The position numbers and the translations under genes are program-made. Below, in pieces: positions 1 through 12,965 of a DNA stretch of 64,000 nt. This stretch comes from Eledone cirrhosa (taxonomy: Eukaryota). Within the stretch, counting starts at the first letter, position 1; each line of letters starts with the position of its first letter. The DNA lies in assembly GCA_964016885.1 (NCBI GenBank), contig OZ024740.1, positions 396,614,001 through 396,678,000 on the forward strand, given 5' to 3'. The notes under the pieces were generated by a model. It saw nothing but the letters and a program-made list of their open reading frames with translations, searched no databases and was not told the origin of the DNA.

Positions 1-620
1 GGAAATATTCTGTCAGAAAAAAAAAAAATTTCTGATCTCCTAAACCCGATCACAAAAGCATCTTCTGATGTATACGAGGTGCATCTGGGAGCGGTGACTA
101 ATCTCTCCAAGGCTGAGATCACAAGTGCAGTTAAAGGGCTCAAATGTGGCACAACCGCTAGGGAAGATGAAATCTGGCCCAAGATGTAAAAAGCCTTAAA
201 TAGAGAAGGTATTCTCTGGCTGACTCATGTGTACAGGGTGACCTGGATCTCTGGAACAGCACCTAAGCAATGGCAATCGGGAATGATAATCCCAATTTTC
301 AAAAAGGGAGACAAGAGAGACTGTTCCAATTATAGAAGGATCTCCTTGTTAAGCCTCCCCAGTAAAGTCTATGTTAAGTGTCTGACAAAGAGATGCAGGG
401 AGATTGTCGAGTCCAAGCTAGCTGATGAATAGTGTGGTTTCTAACCTGGATGTAGCATAGCCGACCAAATATTCACACTGTGGCAGGCTTTTGAAAAATC
501 GTGGGAGTATTGCTAAGAAGTATATTTTTGTTTTGTTGACCTTGAAAAAGCATATGGCCGTGTTCCTTGGGCCCTGCTGTGGAAGTTCTGTAGGAGTATG
601 GGATTGATGGTCATCAATTT
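1..620 (+). mobile_element. Decayed RTE-clade LINE reverse transcriptase fragment
   Basis: WQSGMIIPIFKKGDKRDCSNYRRISLLSLPSKVY and FVDLEKAYGRVP motifs, with stops. Confidence 0.8.
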
Positions 621-864
621 GGTGGAAGGGGAAAGTCAATTACATCAACCCCAGTACTTAACTTATGCTTTATTTTATTGACCCCAGAAAAATGAGAAGC
701 AAAGTTGTCATTAGTGGGGTTTGGAACCATAATGTAGAGGCCCATAATCAAATACTACAATGTATTTTATCCAATGCATTAATTCTGCTAATTCACTAAT
801 AAATGATAAAAATGTAACATAATAATTTCTAAGAGAGAAAGAAGGTATGTTTTTATCAACTCAC

Positions 865-987
865 GCATTTCCAGTGCCATTGTAAACCCATCGGTTGCTA
901 CCAATTCCTTCATAATCAGACACTGCATAGTAACCACATGTTTCAATGTGAATAAGGAATAACATGTAAGTCATTGTCTTGATAATT
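865..987 (-). CDS. CNGB: CNG channel beta subunit, 123-nt exon (S5 and turret)
   Basis: Encodes (R)IIKTMTYMLFLIHIETCGYYAVSDYEGIGSNRWVYNGTGN(A). Acceptor ttctattttcag, donor GC|gtgagt. Phase 2-2; the gene continues beyond the left edge. Confidence 0.93.
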
Positions 988-1860
988 CTGAAAATAGAAA
1001 ATTGAAAATACTTTTCTTCATATTTAAAGTAAAAAAATACTTTTGATCAATATTTTATTCTTCGACACTTTTTTTTTTATAAGACATGGAGTTTCAGGGA
1101 TAAGATAAAGAAAAACAAACTTTACTGTAAATTGTATACAATGTTCCATGACGGCCACACTGACATCTTGTGTAATTGATTATGCCATTAGCAGGGAGTT
1201 TGGAAATTATTATTTTATTTTAACAAATTTGAATATTTGTATTCTGTTATAGCAAAAGTTTACAATTGACTGTACATACCATTATTAACCATCTAATTGA
1301 GAAGCAGAAAATGTGGAACAAATGAAACAGTAAATTAAACCGAAGCCAACAGTGTTCTGCCTGTTGCCTAAAGGCACCTCACAATGTCTGCAGTAAGGTT
1401 TGGCCTTGTAAACATGTAGGTAATAGTTAACTCTTAGAATTGTATATTCCAAAGTGAACTAACTTTCAGGAAATTTCTAAAAAGGAGTAATTAATCATAT
1501 ATGTTTGAGTTAAGAAAGTAGCCAGGCATGAAAAGTATTAGTGAGCATGTGTGCATGTATATGCATGCATGCATGTGTGTGTGCAGAACAGATGACAATA
1601 TTTGTACAAACATGCAATATGAATGGATGCTATGTAGGACATTTAAAATAGCTGTTTGCTGAGAGTAGAATATATCTAGTGTAGGAGTAGGCTACAAGGC
1701 AGAACACATAATTTTAGGGTACATAATTGACATCACCAGGTACCACTGAAATAAGGAACATATTATCCACCATCTAATGAAACTGACAGTTGAGGTGTTT
1801 AACAATAACAAATGCATTCAGAAAGACAGTGGGTTGCATAATTACTGGCTCCAACATTTC

Positions 1861-2071
1861 TTAACCCTTTAGCATTTGCATTAATCTATATTTACTATTA
1901 TATTTTCATGGTCACATAATTATCTCACATAATATCGAATCTATGAGATTTTGATATCATTTATTAACAATACCTTAACATTAGTATGAGTGGCTGGTTA
2001 CAGCCGGTTTGAACAGAAAGAGGTGAGAGAATTCTGGCTGGATACAGCCAGTTTAAATGCTTAAGAGTTAA
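1861..2071. mobile_element. piggyBac-like MITE, family 1
   Basis: TTAA-CCCTTTAGCATTT ... AAATGCTTAAGAG-TTAA termini. Homologous copies at 11586, 19325 and 50226. Confidence 0.7.
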
Positions 2072-2144
2072 GCAAATATTGAGAATTTAAGAAAACAAGT
2101 TACTTAAACAAAGAAAAACAAAAACAAAATACATGCACAAATAC

Positions 2145-3485
2145 AGGTTGGGGTCCACCAGGGCTCTGTTCTTAGCCCCCTCCTGTTTATCATAGTCCTG
2201 TAGGCAATAACGGAGGAGTTTAAGACCGGATGCCCATGGGAACTCCTGTATGCTGATGACCTTGCACTTATAGCTGAATCTATGGTAGAACTAGAGAATA
2301 AATTCCAAACTTGGAAGCAGGGACTAGAAAGATAGGGTCTCAAAGTCAACATGACAAAGACTAAGGAACCCAGATCCCCTCAGGGAAATGGCCTTGCTCA
2401 GTATGTAGGAAAGGTGTAGGTAGGAACTCCATTCTCTGCCCCAAATGCAAACAATGGGTACACAAGAGATGTAGCGGGATCTCAGGAAGCTTAATTAAGA
2501 ATGTAGGCTTCACATGCAGCAGCTGTGCTGGGACAGCAAGCAGCAAAAACCTACAGGAAACAAGTACCACCAATCTCTGGGAGGGCTCTGTAGAAACAGT
2601 AGACAGCTTCTGCTACCTAGGTGACCGAATTAGCAGCGGAGGTGGGTGTTCAGAAAGTACAATAACTAGGGTAAGAACGGGATGGAAGAAGTTTAGGGAA
2701 CTACTACCACTGCTAGCTGCAAAAGGCTTCTCCCTCAGAATGAAAGGCAGACTGTATGATGCGTGTACCCGAACAGCGATGTTGCATGGTAGTGAGACCT
2801 GGGCGCTGAAGGTGGAAGACTTACGTAGATTAGAGAGAAACGAAGCCTGCATGCTCCGATGGATGTGTAACAGTAATATACGTGAACGACAAAGCATAAA
2901 TGAATTGAGAGAGAGACTGAGCATAAGAGGAATCAAATGCTGTGTGCAGGAGAGGCGGTTGCGCTGGTATGGATATGTGATGCGTATGAAGGATGACAGC
3001 TGCATAAAAAGGTGCAGAGCACTAGAAGTCGATGGAAACCGCGGAGTGGGGAGACCCAAGAAGACCTGGGATGAGGTGATAAAAGCCGACCTTACCCAAT
3101 TACACCTCTCAAAGGCAATGACACACGACCGTGACCTCTGGCGTCACGCAGTAATACAGAGTACCCGACCTCCCATGGGTACAAGCTGAAGCATATAGAC
3201 AATATGCCCCCACACCCCCTACCGCAAGGTGGTCGTGGAGGTGCCACGGCAAAAAAGCACCCAGCCCACACTGTAAAGTGGACGTGTAGGCGCCACGAAA
3301 AAGCACCCAGCACTCACTGTAAATAAGGTTGGTGTTAGGAAGGGCATCCAGCTGTAGAAATCAAGCCAGAATCAGTTCCTGTATGAGCAAGGCATGGTCA
3401 GCCAACCAGAGACTGCTCACAACAGGACAACTTGTCTAACCCATGCTAGCGTGGAAGAATGGACGTAAAACAGTGATGATGAAAT
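2145..3485 (+). mobile_element. 5'-truncated RTE LINE (RT 3' part, PHD-like finger, 3' UTR)
   Basis: VGVHQGSVLSP, LLYADDL, MLHGSETW, RRLRWYGYVMR and GRPKKTW motifs. 3' UTR shares GGTTGGTGTTAGGAAGGGCATCCAGC and has a (GAT)n-like tail. Confidence 0.9.
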
Positions 3486-3849
3486 GATGAACCCATACAC
3501 ATACACTAGACAGATATTAATCATGGTTACTACATATACATTCAATATACTCTATATACTTCTAATACAAGGATGAGTCAACAAAGACAACAAATAACAG
3601 TTAAATTTCCCTCAAATCAATCATGTCCTATTGTCTTAAAAAGAGAAGAAACTATTGAATAACGTAGTTCATCATATACAAAAAACAGGAGAATCCTGTT
3701 TGCAACACCTTTGGTTATAGGTCTACTGAAATAGGGCTGATCAGGGCTAAACAACAAGAATAACAATGAAAATGATGATTTGAACTGTGTTATGGCTTTG
3801 TGTGATAAAACAAACAAAAACAATATATATGTAATTTGAATATTTGTAA

Positions 3850-4770
3850 TGCAGGTGGGGCTCAGTCTGCAGGTGGGGGCTCACCAGGGCTCTGTCTGCA
3901 GATCACTTCTGTTTATCATTGTTCTACAGATTATAACAAAAGAGTTTAAGACTGGTATCCCATGGGAATTCCAGTATGCTGATGGCCTAATCCTTATAGA
4001 TGAATCCGTGGGAAAAAGTTAAATGCAAAATTTTAGATATGTAAAAAAAACTGAGAATCAACAGGCCTAAAAATAAAATTAATGAAGTCTAAAGTTTTAA
4101 TAAGTAGAAAAGAAGACAGACACCTTATATTATCAGGAAAGTGGCCTTGTTTGATATATCAAAAAGAAGTGGGTAGAAATTCCTTAAGAATATAGAGTTA
4201 TCTATGGATGCACAAGAGAAGTAGTGGTATTACAGGTAGGTAAACATAAATAGCACACAAAATAGATTGCCTGAATTGACTGGGAGGTTCCCTGGACATT
4301 GTTGACAGTTTTTGTTAGCTATGTGACCTAATTAGCAGTGGGGATGATGCTCTAAAAGTGTGGCAGCCAGAATAAAAACAGCATGGAAGAAGTTTAGAGA
4401 GCTAGTTCCTCTGCTCACAATAAAGAGCATCTCCCTCAGGGTGAAAGACAGACTGTATGATGCCTGCATGTAAACAGCATGCTATATAGCAGTGAGACAG
4501 GGGTCTTAACTGCAGAAGACTTGTAAAGGTTTGAAATAAAGGAATAAAGCAGCTGTGGCAAATGTGTAATGTTATGTGTAATGTTAGCTAAGAGACGAAA
4601 ATCTGTATAAGAGGGATCTGATGCAGTGTACAATGATATATGTGATGTGTATGGAAGATGAGAGCTGTATAAAGAAATGAAGAGAAATGTTTGTGGAGGA
4701 GACTCATAGAAGTGGTAGACATATGACGTCATAAGATTTAGTAGTGAAGACTAATCTTACATATCTCAAC
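3850..4770 (+). mobile_element. Older degenerate RTE LINE fragment
   Basis: Recognisable nucleotide similarity to the RT/PHD region of 2145-3190 and 45880-46870, with many stops. Confidence 0.75.
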
Positions 4771-5827
4771 TATTCTCTTCTTCCACATCACGACTTGAAC
4801 CTCACATACCTATCATAAACCCAAACATCAAACCTTTCACTCTCCCCACCTCTGGTCACTCATACTCTGCAAAAGAGGTTGGTGTTAAGAAGGACTTTCA
4901 ACCATAGAAACCCCCCCCCCCCCAGGATATGAAAACCCTCCAACCATGACACAAAAACCCCTCTACTGCTGGTGTTATGATAAATGCATCCAGTACACTC
5001 TGTAAGGAGGTTGCTGATCGGAAGGACATCCAAAAAGGGTCATGTAGAATCTTCATTTATGTCAAGGGAATGACACACTTTCTAGGGTTGGTGACCTACA
5101 TGATAAATGCACTTAGTACACTCTGTAAAGTGGTTGGAGGAATTAGCTGTTTCAAACTTCCCAAGAGCTGGTGTCACAATAAAATGTACCCGGTGTACTC
5201 AGTAGAGTGTGGTAATGTATGTAAGCAAGATGGGGACTCCAACCCATATGAAAGGGCACCATGAAAACACAATGCACTCACTAGAATGAAGGTATGTATG
5301 GAAGCAAAATGTGGGTCCTCAGCCCATCTGAGAAGTCAGTAGCTCTGTTTAAGTACTAACTTGATATTTGATGACCCACCTAACCCTTGCTAGCAGGGCA
5401 TGTGGATGTTAAATGATGATGATGATGATATATTTACACACACACACACACAATTTTTATTATACACACATGCACACACACAAAAGTGTGTAATAATTTG
5501 ATCTGTCAGTTCATCACTCCAGTCATCCACCCATCCATATATGTATATAAACACATTGCATATTACAAATAACAGACAGATGTCGGTATTAATCCACACT
5601 TTTAATACTGAATATCCAATTCATATAAAAGGATTGAGTACTGGAACAGGTACCACTTGTAGTAATTAGCATCGCTCCCCAACTGGCAGGCTGTATATAT
5701 ATATATATATAAAACATATGTTTATTGCTCTAGTCTTTTAGACTATGGAGCGCTTGCCAGCATGACTCGGAATTTGCGTTACATTTCGCTTTTTCTACCT
5801 GCCGAAATGCGATTCTCGCTGAATTTA

Positions 5828-5865
<38 letters not shown>

Positions 5866-5989
5866 AGCGTGCTTATACATTTTATATGCTTACTTAGCTA
5901 TACGAGACTAGAAGTTCCTTGCAAATGAAATTTCCTGTATTATTAAGTATAATATTTGTATCATTAACTGTAACTGTTTTCAACTTCAT

Positions 5990-6890
5990 AATAATGAATA
6001 ATAATAATAATAATAATAATAATGAAATTATTGTGTACAGTGCTCAGGTGCACTACAACTCATCAAAGGTACATGTATAATACATAGAATAATATACAAA
6101 TGTCAGGGAAGTGAATAGTGTATGAGTCATGATATACATGTGTGTGTATAGAGGGGGAATATCAGGTATAGCGTTGGCGAATCTCAGGAAGCATGGAAGT
6201 TTTAAAGGATGCAGTGTCTCGACAGCTAATAACTGATGCAGGTAGTTTGTTCCATGCTTCAGCAACTCTGAACGTGAAAAAATGTTTCCAAAAGTCATGG
6301 GCTGTGCTGTTTTCTGACTTAGTTGGCATGTCCACGTATGGAAATCAAAAAGGTACTCAGGGTTGTTGTTGGCAAGATGGTTAACAATTTGGTGGGTGTT
6401 TACCAAGTCCATTGCCAGACGTCGGAGCTTCAATGTATCCATGCCCAGGGAAGCAAGGCGTTCAGAGTATGGTAGATGCCTGATGGAGGGTATTCTCTTG
6501 GTTGCACATCTCTGAACAGTTTCCAGGCGGTCAATGTTCTGAGCAGGATAGGGGTTCCAGACTGATGATGCAAATTCTAAGTGTGGCCGCACCATAGCTA
6601 TATACAGCTTTCAATAGATATCTGGACAGCAGCTGACAAAGGTCTTTCTGAGTGATGCCAAGACACCCTCGGCCTCCTTGAAAATTTTAGAGATGTGCTT
6701 TGTCCAACGCAAATCGCTGCTGACAGTAATGCCCAGATCACATTCATAAGAAGACTTCTTGATATTAGCGTTGTGGAGGGAGTATGTGGACGCTGGGTTA
6801 TTCCTCTCAAAATGCATGGTGGTACACTTGTCCACAGCTAGCTTGAGTTGCATTGTGTTCAGGTCAGATTGCAGGAAAGATCTATATCAT
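5990..6890 (-). mobile_element. CR1-clade LINE 3' fragment with (ATT)n tail
   Basis: YECDLGITVSSDLRWTKHI and VRPHLEFASSVWNPY...LETVQRCATKRIP...YSERLASLGM..L..RRL motifs. (AAT)n tract at 5990-6023. Confidence 0.88.
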
Positions 6891-7117
6891 CACAAAAACT
6901 ATTATGGTGCAAGGGCATATGTTGAAGGTGTACTACTAATATACTTAGGCCTGACTTCTAACTATTTTTCATTTTTTACTCTATTTATAATAGCTGGAGA
7001 TGGCCAAACTGACACCAGATAACTAGTTTAAGGATTGATAGATATTGGGTTTTTGGCGGGAAAATTTGAAGTGTGAACATATATGTATATATATATATTT
7101 GGGATAGGAAAACTTAC

Positions 7118-7182
7118 CTCACAGCATGTGCTGACCGAGCTGCTTGATCACAACGCTCATAGAATTCCCAAAATGTTAGGAT
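7118..7182 (-). CDS. CNGB: CNG channel beta subunit, 65-nt exon (S4-S5 linker)
   Basis: Encodes ILTFWEFYERCDQAARSAHAV(R). Acceptor gatttcttcag, donor AG|gtaagt. Phase 0-2. Confidence 0.9.
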
Positions 7183-7229
7183 CTGAAGAAATCAATAGAA
7201 ATTTAATCAGACATTACAGGGATTAGAAA

Positions 7230-7230
<1 letters not shown>

Positions 7231-7279
<49 letters not shown>

Positions 7280-7414
7280 TACATATATATATACACACAC
7301 ACACATATATATATATACACACACATACATACATACATATATATATATATATACACACACACATACATACATATATATATATTTACACACACATACATAC
7401 ATATATATATACAT

Positions 7415-7463
<49 letters not shown>

Positions 7464-7466
7464 TTC

Positions 7467-7497
<31 letters not shown>

Positions 7498-7504
7498 TAT
7501 ATAT

Positions 7505-7597
<93 letters not shown>

Positions 7598-7655
7598 TAC
7601 ATACATATATCATCATCATCATCATCATCGTTTAACGTCCATCTTCCACGCTTCC

Positions 7656-7710
<55 letters not shown>
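7231..7710. repeat. Compound (TA)n/(CA)n/(CAT)n microsatellite
   Basis: Seen directly in the sequence. Confidence 0.95.
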
Positions 7711-7714
<4 letters not shown>

Positions 7715-7824
7715 GGTAAACGGAATAGAAAATGCTGACAAATTGTTCACAGTGAAAAATAGTTTAATTAGGAATAAGTGATAATTAGTAATAGTATTGG
7801 TTAGTATTAAGTTTTGGTTTTAAG

Positions 7825-7860
7825 TTTTACCGGTTGTGCATTTCTAATGCTTTTCAAAAA
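7825..7860 (-). ncRNA. Degenerate minimal hammerhead-like motif, inverted arm of element 1
   Basis: Minus strand reads TTT-TTGAAAA-GCATT.AGA.AATGC-ACAA-CCGGT-A-AAA. GAAA has become ACAA. Confidence 0.5.
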
Positions 7861-8224
7861 TAATTTTGAGATAGAGCGTACGTGATGTTTGCTCTGATCT
7901 GATTAGTTTGGGGAATTCTACCTCTTTTTATGTTAAAAAAGTGGCTCCAGCGGTATTAAAATAAGTTTTGCGCCAATTCGTGTTGCAAAAATTCTTGTGG
8001 TCAAAACAATTTTGATTGGTCGGTAGAGGTCATGTGAATGTAAAAAATTGATTTTGCGCCAAATGTAGGTTTGTGTCGGCTGACTGAGAGATAAGTCTTT
8101 CACAACAAATATGTGTGTGTGTGTGTGTGTGTAGTGGTAGTAAAGAGGTTCGTTGTTGTGATAATGGTCAGCAGGGATGTGTGTGCGAACCGCAGCCTGT
8201 TGACAGTTCAAATGCCTATTAAGA

Positions 8225-8285
<61 letters not shown>

Positions 8286-8399
8286 CAGAGTAATTCGTGG
8301 TAGAGGGATGGTCAGTAGGAATGTGTCTGTAAGTGTGTGGGGGATATTTTAACATGTTAAAAGATATTTTTTCAGCTCTTATCTTATACGGAGAAGTGT

Positions 8400-8459
<60 letters not shown>

Positions 8460-8615
8460 CTCTTTGTATGTTAGTGTGTCTGTAAGTGTGTGGGGGATAT
8501 TTTAACATGTTAAAAGATATTTTTTCAGCTCTTGTCTTATACGAAGAAGTGCGCGTGTGTGTGTGTGTGTGTATATGTCTCTTTGTATGTTAATGTACGC
8601 GTGTGTATGTGTGTG

Positions 8616-8663
<48 letters not shown>

Positions 8664-9865
8664 AGAATGTGTGTGTGTGTGTGTGTGTGTGGGTGGATCA
8701 GTATTTATTTCTGTTAAAATGGTGTACATTATTATATATTTTCAAAGAAGGACAACGTTTTATAGTAAAACACAATTTCACATGCGCATCAGAAAATCTA
8801 ATATATGTATTAACTTGCTCAGGTTGTCGAGAACAATACATAGGCCAGACCAAAAACAGCCCCCGCCAACGCATGACTGTCCATAGATCCCAAATTAAAA
8901 TACGGGAATGCAGGAAAATACCACTGAGTGAAGACATTGATACCTGTGCCGCCCAAAATCATCCCAACTTCAGAATCTTTCCCCTCTACAAATTTAAAGA
9001 TAATGCCACCCACACCCAGCGCATCAGCAATGAATCTCACTTTATTAACAAATACGGACCCGTCTAAACACTTCTCCCTAAGACGAACCCACAACATACA
9101 CACGTCAACATACATACCTACATCTCTACCCACATATAAACACAATGACATACGTAAACACACGTTCTATGGTGCAACACAAATAGACACAAATTTGCAT
9201 ACCTTTTGATGTCTATAGATATAAACGTGCCGACACACACACATACATAAATGCACACATGCATTGCACACTGATGGGCACATACATATTTGTGCACAGG
9301 TATTCCAATACGGCAAGGCCTAATGAATTCCCCTTGCAGTACGTACAATCTGGACACACTCCAGATACATATTTGTGCACAGGTATACAATTTCTGGACA
9401 CACTCCAGATACATGTGTACAATTTGTGCACAGGTATACAATTTGTGCACGGGTATACAAGTTCTGGACACACTCCAGATACATATTTGTGCACAGGTAT
9501 TCCAATACGACAGTACGTACAATCTGGACACACTCACACACACCTTGGTATTATGCCAATACTATATATCATTTCACACCTTTTATTATTAAGGTTTTTG
9601 ATGTTCTATTGAGAGAATCGATTTTACTGAAAATATCGAATAATGTACACCATTTTAACGGAAATAAATACTGACCCCCCCCACACACATTCTCTCTCTC
9701 ACACACACACATACACACATATATACACACACACATACACACGCGTACATTAACATACAAAGAGACATACACACACACTTCTCCGTATAAGATAAGAGCT
9801 GAAAAAATATCTTTTAACATGTTAAAATATCCCCACACACTTACAGACACACTAACATACAAAGA

Positions 9866-9936
<71 letters not shown>

Positions 9937-10427
9937 CTCCGTATAAGACAAGAGCTGAAAAAATATCTTTTAACATGTTAAAATATCCCCCACACACTTA
10001 CAGACACATTCCTACTGACCATCCCTCTACCACGAATTACTCTGCTACACACACACACACACACACACTTGTCTTAATAGGCATTTGAACTATCAACAGG
10101 CTGCGGTTCGCACACACATCCCTGCTGACCATTATCACAACAACGAACCTCTTTACTACCACTACACACACACACATATTTGTTGTGAAAGACTTATCTC
10201 TCAGTCAGCCGACACAAACCTACATTTGGCGCAAAATCAATTTTTTACATTCACATGACCTCTACCGACCAATCAAAATTGTTTTGACCACAAGAATTTT
10301 TGCAACACGAATTGGCGCAAAACTTATTTTAATACCGCTGGAGCCACTTTTTTAACATAAAAAGAGGTAGAATTCCCCAAACTAATCAGATCAGAGCAAA
10401 CATCACGTACGCTCTATCTCAAAATTA

Positions 10428-10463
10428 TTTTTGAAAAGCATTAGAAATGCGCAACCGGTAAAA
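10428..10463 (+). ncRNA. Variant minimal type I hammerhead-like motif (UUGAAAA core, GCAA in place of GAAA)
   Basis: TTT-TTGAAAA-GCATT.AGA.AATGC-GCAA-CCGGT-A-AAA. Same architecture and relative position as the motif in element 2. Confidence 0.6.
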
Positions 10464-10605
10464 CTTAAAACCAAAACTTAATACTAACCAATACTATTAC
10501 TAATTATCACTTATTCCTAATTAAACTATTTTTCACTGTGAACAATTTGTCAGCATTTTCTATTCCGTTTACTAATATATCATAACTTGTGTGTTACACC
10601 TCTAT

Positions 10606-10654
<49 letters not shown>

Positions 10655-11349
10655 TATATATACATATATATACATATATATATATACATATATATACACA
10701 TATATTGTATGTATATATATATATATTCTACAGCACTATTATTTAGGTAATACAGGGAAAAGAGGAGTTGTTTCCCTTCATATTTAGAAGCTGATGGTTA
10801 AGCTAACGATTTGATTTGCAGTTGTTCTTAATGTTGATGTTCTTAATGTTGATGATGATGTTGATAAGGTTAATGATGATTAGAAGGAAGATTGTATGTC
10901 GTCATCACAAGATTAGATGATGTTGATGCTGATAAATAGGGCTCTTAACAGCAGGGATAGGACACAAAGAAATCACTCACTGTTGATATTAGAGTCTAAC
11001 TTTGAAATATTTATAGTGTGATTTAATTGTTGTTCTTTAGAGTCAAGTCAACCCTGATTGAGCAAACCTATTATGAAAGGCATTGCAGCTGTAATCACCC
11101 ATCTTCTTGTTCCTCACATACAAGTACTGTATCTATGGAAAACATTATCCAATGTGTTATTTCCCCCCTTTTAAGGTGTCATTTGATAGACAACTGTCTG
11201 TTAATTCTAGTCAATAGATTGACCTAGTAGGGGATCCTGGAAAAGTAGTTGTTTGTGTACACTGGTCAGTAAATGATGTTATCTTGACAATGAGCATTGT
11301 TAGAGTACTCTGGTCAGTAATTATTCTGGCATCTTGTCAATGAGCACTG

Positions 11350-11589
11350 TTAACTCTTTCGATACTAACCTACCCCAAACCACCTCTATTTCTATGAAAG
11401 AAAACCACCGATTTTAAAGGATTCCTATTTGAATAAAAATATTCTAGCATAGTTTTATATAAGAACCATATATCAAATTACTATCTTAGTAATGAAATAA
11501 TTAATAATTTTAGTAAATCCCTCAAAAATCTTTATCAATTAAATAGAATAGAATGTGTTTCATTAGAAATACAGTTATGACAGGGTTAA
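11350..11589. mobile_element. TTAA-flanked MITE, family 2
   Basis: TTAA-CTCTTTCGATAC ... TATGACAGGG-TTAA. Homologous copy at about 25595-25806. Confidence 0.6.
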
Positions 11590-11608
11590 CCCTTTAGCAT
11601 TTACATCA

Positions 11609-11647
<39 letters not shown>

Positions 11648-11824
11648 ATATTTTCACAGTAAAGGCTTTACTTCACATAATATCAAATCTATGTGATTTT
11701 GATATTATTTATTTTGAGAACAATACCTTAACATCAGTATGAGCGGCCGGTTACAGCCAGTTTGAACAGAAAGAGGTGAGAGAATTCTGGCCAGATATGG
11801 CCAGTTTAAATGATAAAGGGTTAT
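11586..11824. mobile_element. piggyBac-like MITE, family 1
   Basis: TTAA-CCCTTTAGCATTT ... AAATGATAAAGGG-TTAT. Shares its left TTAA with the preceding MITE. Confidence 0.7.
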
Positions 11825-12186
11825 CTGACCAAAGATCTTATCAGTTATCTTATCAAAGATCAACATTAGTGTATATTGGTCAGTCATTGGTGAAAGCTCA
11901 CTGATAGTTTATACCTGCATCAGTTATTAGTTTGACGTCTTTTAAAAACCAATGATAGTGTATAGTGGTCAGTTATTGGTGTCATCTTGACAAAGAGTAA
12001 TGTTAGTGTATTGTTGTCACTTATATGACTGCCCTTCAGTGTAAGAATGCTATTTGTAATTGTTAGTGTTTAGCTCCAAAGTAACTTTGTTTCAGTAGAC
12101 CTATAATATAAGCTATTGTAGTCATGAACATCCTGTAATTTTTGTGGTAAGTAGAACTATATTATCTAATATGCCCCATCTTTATA

Positions 12187-12378
12187 TAATTGTTTCTACT
12201 TTTGGCACAAGGCCAGCAATTATCCCAATGCATTTCTGGTACTTTATTTTATCGACCCCGTAAGGATAAAAGGCAAAGTTAACCTCGGCGGGATTTGAAC
12301 TCAGACCATAAAGGGCCGTAACTCTTTGCTGCAAAGCATGGCATCAGACCCTCTACCGATACTGCCAATCCACTGCCC
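12187..12378 (-). mobile_element. tRNA-derived SINE, family B
   Basis: Reverse complement of the 35489-35678 copy, with A and B boxes. Confidence 0.85.
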
Positions 12379-12379
12379 C

Positions 12380-12965
12380 ATCTTTATATAATGAGTCGTG
12401 TCCTTATATAATGTGTCATGTATTTATGTAGTGTCAAGTCTTTATATAATGTGTCCTGTCCTTATATAATGTGTCTTATCCTTATATGATATGTCCTGTC
12501 TTTATATAATGTCATGTCTTTATATAATGTCTTGTCCTTATACAGCGTGTCATGCCATTATATAGTGTGTCCTGTCCTTATACAGTGTGTCTTATCCTTA
12601 TATAATGTGTACTGTCTTTATATAATGTTTCTTGTTTTTATATAACGAGCCTGACTTTATACAATATGGCCTATCCCTGTATAATGTATTCCTAGTCCTT
12701 ATACAATGTGTCCTGTCCTTATGTAATGTGACCTGTCCTTATGTAATATGACCTATCCTTATATAATGTGTCTTGTCTTTATATAGTGTGTCTTGTCTTT
12801 ATATAGTGTTCCTGTCCTGCCACATAATCTGTCATGTACTTATATAATGTCCTATCTTTATATAATGTCTCCAGTCCTTATATAATGTGTTGTATCCTTA
12901 TATAATGTGCCCTGTCCTTATATAACATGTCTTGTCCTTATATATTGTGTCCTTTTCTTATATAA
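12380..12965. repeat. Degenerate ~20-bp minisatellite (GTCCTTATATAATGTGTCCT-like)
   Basis: Roughly 28 diverged tandem units. Confidence 0.85.

Larger units (their letters stand above)
7711..10610 (+). mobile_element. Penelope-like element 1 (Neptune-type), 5'-truncated, with inverted pseudo-LTR
   Basis: GIY-YIG fragment at about 8740-9067 (FTCASENLIYVLTCSGCREQYIGQT...QRMTVHR). Inverted arms at about 7711-8744 and 9628-10578. (TA)n on both sides. Confidence 0.88.

Noticed and set aside
7223-7683. YIYI/CVCV ORFs here and near 40780, 52700 and elsewhere
   Set aside because: These are translations of dinucleotide microsatellites.
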